From a virus (lineage: Duplodnaviria > Caudoviricetes), in the IMG/VR virus record IMGVR_UViG_3300025715_000012, positions 64,001-128,000 of that record: a stretch of DNA of 64,000 nt. One strand, written 5' to 3'. Numbering within the stretch: the stretch's first letter is position 1; each line of letters begins with the position of its first letter. Shown one piece after another: positions 61,082 through 64,000 of this stretch. The translations under genes were made by a program, and so were the position numbers. The notes beneath the pieces are model-generated. The model made no database searches. It was given only the letters and a program-made list of their open reading frames with translations, and was not told the origin of the DNA.

Positions 61082-61432
61082 ATGAAGCATTTAAAATTAT
61101 ATGAGCAATATGATCTCGAAGATCTCTCAGATGAAGAGATTTTTGGTGAAGAAGTGAAAAGAAATATGTTCAAAGCTAAAGAAGGATACTATGCTATTGA
61201 ATTGAAAAGAAATATGAGAGGCGAAAGACTTTATTTATATAAAGATTTTGAGTGGATTGATGTTGAAACTTATAATAAACATATTGTGAATGATTATCCG
61301 TTCTTTAACTTTGATGAATTAAATGATGATGATGAAATAATGATATATAATGATGGAATTTGGAATAAGCATAGAAAAAAAGATCTTCCAGAAAATATAA
61401 AAAAAGAAATAAATGATTTAAATTTTTTATGA
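61082..61432 (+). CDS. DEELFG-leader cassette protein
   Basis: Paralog of 17471. Confidence 0.8.
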   Translation: MKHLKLYEQYDLEDLSDEEIFGEEVKRNMFKAKEGYYAIELKRNMRGERLYLYKDFEWIDVETYNKHIVNDYPFFNFDELNDDDEIMIYNDGIWNKHRKKDLPENIKKEINDLNFL

Positions 61433-61761
61433 GACACGTAAAACTATATGAACAATATGATTTCGAAGATCTCTCGGACGAGGAGCTTTTTGGGACAAAT
61501 AGAGGACCTTATGACAATATTTTAGAATATGGTGAGAATGGACAGGAATTTAAAGCCGGTGATAGAGTTGTTTTAAAAAAAGATCAAAACCGACATTTAA
61601 GAGAAGGCGAGATAGGAACTGTAGTTTGTTGTTCTGCTGACGATTACTTGATTTGTTTCGATTTTTATACATATGGGCATGAAGGAAATCCAGATGAAAC
61701 TTATAATATACCCAGTGGTCACGGCTGGTATGTTCAAGAAAAATATTTAGAAAAGATATGA
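61429..61761 (+). CDS. DEELFG-leader cassette protein, SH3-like
   Basis: Paralog of 17788. Confidence 0.8.
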   Translation: MRHVKLYEQYDFEDLSDEELFGTNRGPYDNILEYGENGQEFKAGDRVVLKKDQNRHLREGEIGTVVCCSADDYLICFDFYTYGHEGNPDETYNIPSGHGWYVQEKYLEKI

Positions 61762-62096
61762 AACACGTAAAACTATATGAGCAATTTAATTTTGATGATT
61801 TTTCGGACGAGGAGCTTTTTGGTGGACCAGAGAAAGATCTAAATTTGATGGCTACCGCTGATGATGATGGTAACAATAGTTACTATGTTGTTAAAAAATC
61901 TTATAAGAAAGATCATTATGTCATTTTATTTGATGATGAATCCAATGTGGAGATTGAAGACGCTCTATTTGGAAACATAGATCCTCCACCTCCATTAGAA
62001 AATAGTAAAATTTCCGTTTTTGTAAATAGTAGAGGATTCGATGAATATAAATGGAAAGATCTACCTAAAGAAATAAAAGATAGAATAAATATTTAA
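61758..62096 (+). CDS. DEELFG-leader cassette protein
   Basis: Leader plus WKDLPKEIK end. Confidence 0.8.
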   Translation: MKHVKLYEQFNFDDFSDEELFGGPEKDLNLMATADDDGNNSYYVVKKSYKKDHYVILFDDESNVEIEDALFGNIDPPPPLENSKISVFVNSRGFDEYKWKDLPKEIKDRINI

Positions 62097-62122
62097 TATA
62101 TAATAAAAAAAAAATTAAAAAA

Positions 62123-62986
62123 ATGAAACATTTAAAGCTTTTCGAATATTTTGAAAAAAGAAATGAGGAGGAAGAATCAAAAAGAGATCTTCTTTATTTC
62201 TCATTTGATATAGATGATAATTTACTTCATATGCCAACAAGAATACATATGGAACATCTAGTGGATGGCGAGTGGGTAGTCGAGCCTGTTGACACAGATA
62301 AGTTTGCGATAGTTCGTAAAGATAAAGAAAATTGGAGATATGGACCAGGTGATGAATCATTTGTTGAGTTCAGAGATTGGGGGCCAAGAGGAAAAGATAC
62401 TTTTATGCATGATTTTAAAAAAGCCGTGTATGATGGCAAATTTGGTCCATCTTGGAAAAAATTTATAGAATGCTTGGTAAATGGAAACATATTTTCAATC
62501 ATAACATCTCGAGGGCATTCACCAATTAATGTCAGAAGAGCTATAGAATGGTTAATATATGAATATGGATTAAATAAATTCAAAAAACTTAATATAAAAA
62601 ATGTTGATAATCAAGAAGATTTCGAAGAGCAAATGACAAATAATCTTTTAGAGTATCACGAGCTTTTTGGAACGGATCCAGATTATGTCATTGATCAATA
62701 CCTTGATCTTTGTCCGATATATACAATATCATCACCTGAGTTCAAAGAAAGATTTCCAGGACTAAGTGCAGAGGAAAGTAAAAAGGTCGCCCTTAGAGAT
62801 TTCAATAAAATAGTGCATGAATACGCTAATATATTGGGAGTTACTGCAAAATTAGGATTTTCTGATGACGATCCAGCATTTGTGAAAGCAGCCGCTGATG
62901 AGTTTTCAAAATTGAGAGATGATTTCAAAAACGTAGATTATTCTGTTTTTGATACAGGCGGAAGACAGATGAAAAAATTTATGTAA
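62123..62986 (+). CDS. HAD-superfamily hydrolase with CTS-like leader
   Basis: FDIDDNL, IITSRGH, K, GFSDDD. Confidence 0.75.
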   Translation: MKHLKLFEYFEKRNEEEESKRDLLYFSFDIDDNLLHMPTRIHMEHLVDGEWVVEPVDTDKFAIVRKDKENWRYGPGDESFVEFRDWGPRGKDTFMHDFKKAVYDGKFGPSWKKFIECLVNGNIFSIITSRGHSPINVRRAIEWLIYEYGLNKFKKLNIKNVDNQEDFEEQMTNNLLEYHELFGTDPDYVIDQYLDLCPIYTISSPEFKERFPGLSAEESKKVALRDFNKIVHEYANILGVTAKLGFSDDDPAFVKAAADEFSKLRDDFKNVDYSVFDTGGRQMKKFM

Positions 62987-63038
62987 TCTTTAAAACAATT
63001 TTGTTTTTGTCGTCTATATTTTAAAAAAGAAATTAAAT

Positions 63039-63323
63039 ATGGAAGATTTATTTTTTGGTCTAATTGAAAAATACGGAGAGAAAGGTTTGCTAGATCTCTA
63101 TGTTGAAAAAACAAGCAAATTAAATTCTTCATTAATGCGTCACAAGACATTGGATAAAGATAAAGATTATTTAGAATATGTCACATCATATAACAATATC
63201 TGTAAAGAAATAGCTGATGTTCAAATATTTACAGAAGCGATTGAATTTTTATTCAATAATTTCGAAATAAATAAACATTATGATAATTTGAGAGAAATGT
63301 ATGATTCAACATATTTCAGATAA
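63039..63323 (+). CDS. Degenerate MazG-like all-alpha protein
   Basis: NICKEIADVQIF. Confidence 0.45.
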   Translation: MEDLFFGLIEKYGEKGLLDLYVEKTSKLNSSLMRHKTLDKDKDYLEYVTSYNNICKEIADVQIFTEAIEFLFNNFEINKHYDNLREMYDSTYFR

Positions 63324-63343
63324 TGTATAAAGTTTCTGGATAG

Positions 63344-64000
63344 TTATAATCCAAATCTTCCTTTTGTTGAATTGTAATTTTGTAAAAAATCATTTGAAGA
63401 CAAATTCGTGTTATATATAGACAAACAAGATATATAACCATTATAATAATTATGACCAGGATAAAAGTAATGTCCGATTCTTATCGGATCAGTATTCGAT
63501 GCCAATGTGCCAGAACCAACTGGCCCACCTGATACCTCATATCCATTCAAAAATAATCTTCCACCAATAACACTATCATACGACCAACCTATATTATACC
63601 AAGTATTTAATTCCAAAGCAGGACTCATTGGTGAAACAGGACCCCATGTCCCACCTCTATTAGCACCAAAATCAATCATTCTAGTATAAGGAGCCGATTT
63701 ATAAAAATAATTAACAAAATTCGAATTCGATGTTGTTCCATTTTGACACTTTGATATGTGATGACTAGCATAACCAGTTGGAGTTGATATATTATAACAC
63801 CAAAAAGAAATTGATATTTTTGATGTCAAATTTAAATTTGTAGTTCCACTGATTGATACATGACCATCAGAACCATTAAATAAAAATTTTCCTTCATTTT
63901 CACTATAATATGTTGCGCCTGTTATTGTTCCATCATAACCATTTCCGCTCAAATCATACCAATCATTTCCACTTCCAGAATAACTCTTTGAATTGGCTGC
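63344..64000 (-). CDS. LamG/concanavalin A-like virion protein (5' partial)
   Basis: SYSGSGNDWYDLSGNG...YNGYISCLSIYN..LS...QNYN..KGRFGL; frame open to the window end. Confidence 0.8.
   Translation of the reverse strand, partial: AANSKSYSGSGNDWYDLSGNGYDGTITGATYYSENEGKFLFNGSDGHVSISGTTNLNLTSKISISFWCYNISTPTGYASHHISKCQNGTTSNSNFVNYFYKSAPYTRMIDFGANRGGTWGPVSPMSPALELNTWYNIGWSYDSVIGGRLFLNGYEVSGGPVGSGTLASNTDPIRIGHYFYPGHNYYNGYISCLSIYNTNLSSNDFLQNYNSTKGRFGL

Overview
This very AT-rich, gene-dense window is most consistent with a large T4-like (jumbo) phage infecting a Bacteroidota host. Phage evidence: gp14-like neck, gp41-like helicase and gp62-like clamp-loader genes, LamG and beta-rich fibre-type genes at both edges, and a recurring putative late promoter TAATATATA. 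Host evidence: Bacteroidota-type TAnnTTTG promoters and host-like groEL/groES/dnaJ, ppk2, purF, guaC and dut. The dominant unexplained structure is a portable peptide-tag system. About 40 genes begin with a leader resembling the T4 capsid-targeting sequence (CTS). Fourteen small variable genes share a 22-aa MKHxKxYEQFDFEDLSDEELFG leader, mostly in translationally coupled arrays. About 23 copies of an acidic DP[W/F]xE[E/D] tag occur on unrelated proteins, including polyproteins where the tag is followed by gp21-type (I/V)xE sites. The same domains appear with either tag, and direct repeats, empty stubs and a tag in frame behind the purF stop suggest active shuffling. Other highlights are a permuted tRNA-like (YrlA-like) RNA next to a half tRNA, protein-less TnpB/omegaRNA-type IS ends, a short split intein in the helicase, an intein in an iron-sulfur flavoprotein, a duplicated ECF-promoter envelope module, and a G18 tract that frameshifts one cassette. 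All product calls come from motif recognition by eye; no searches were run.
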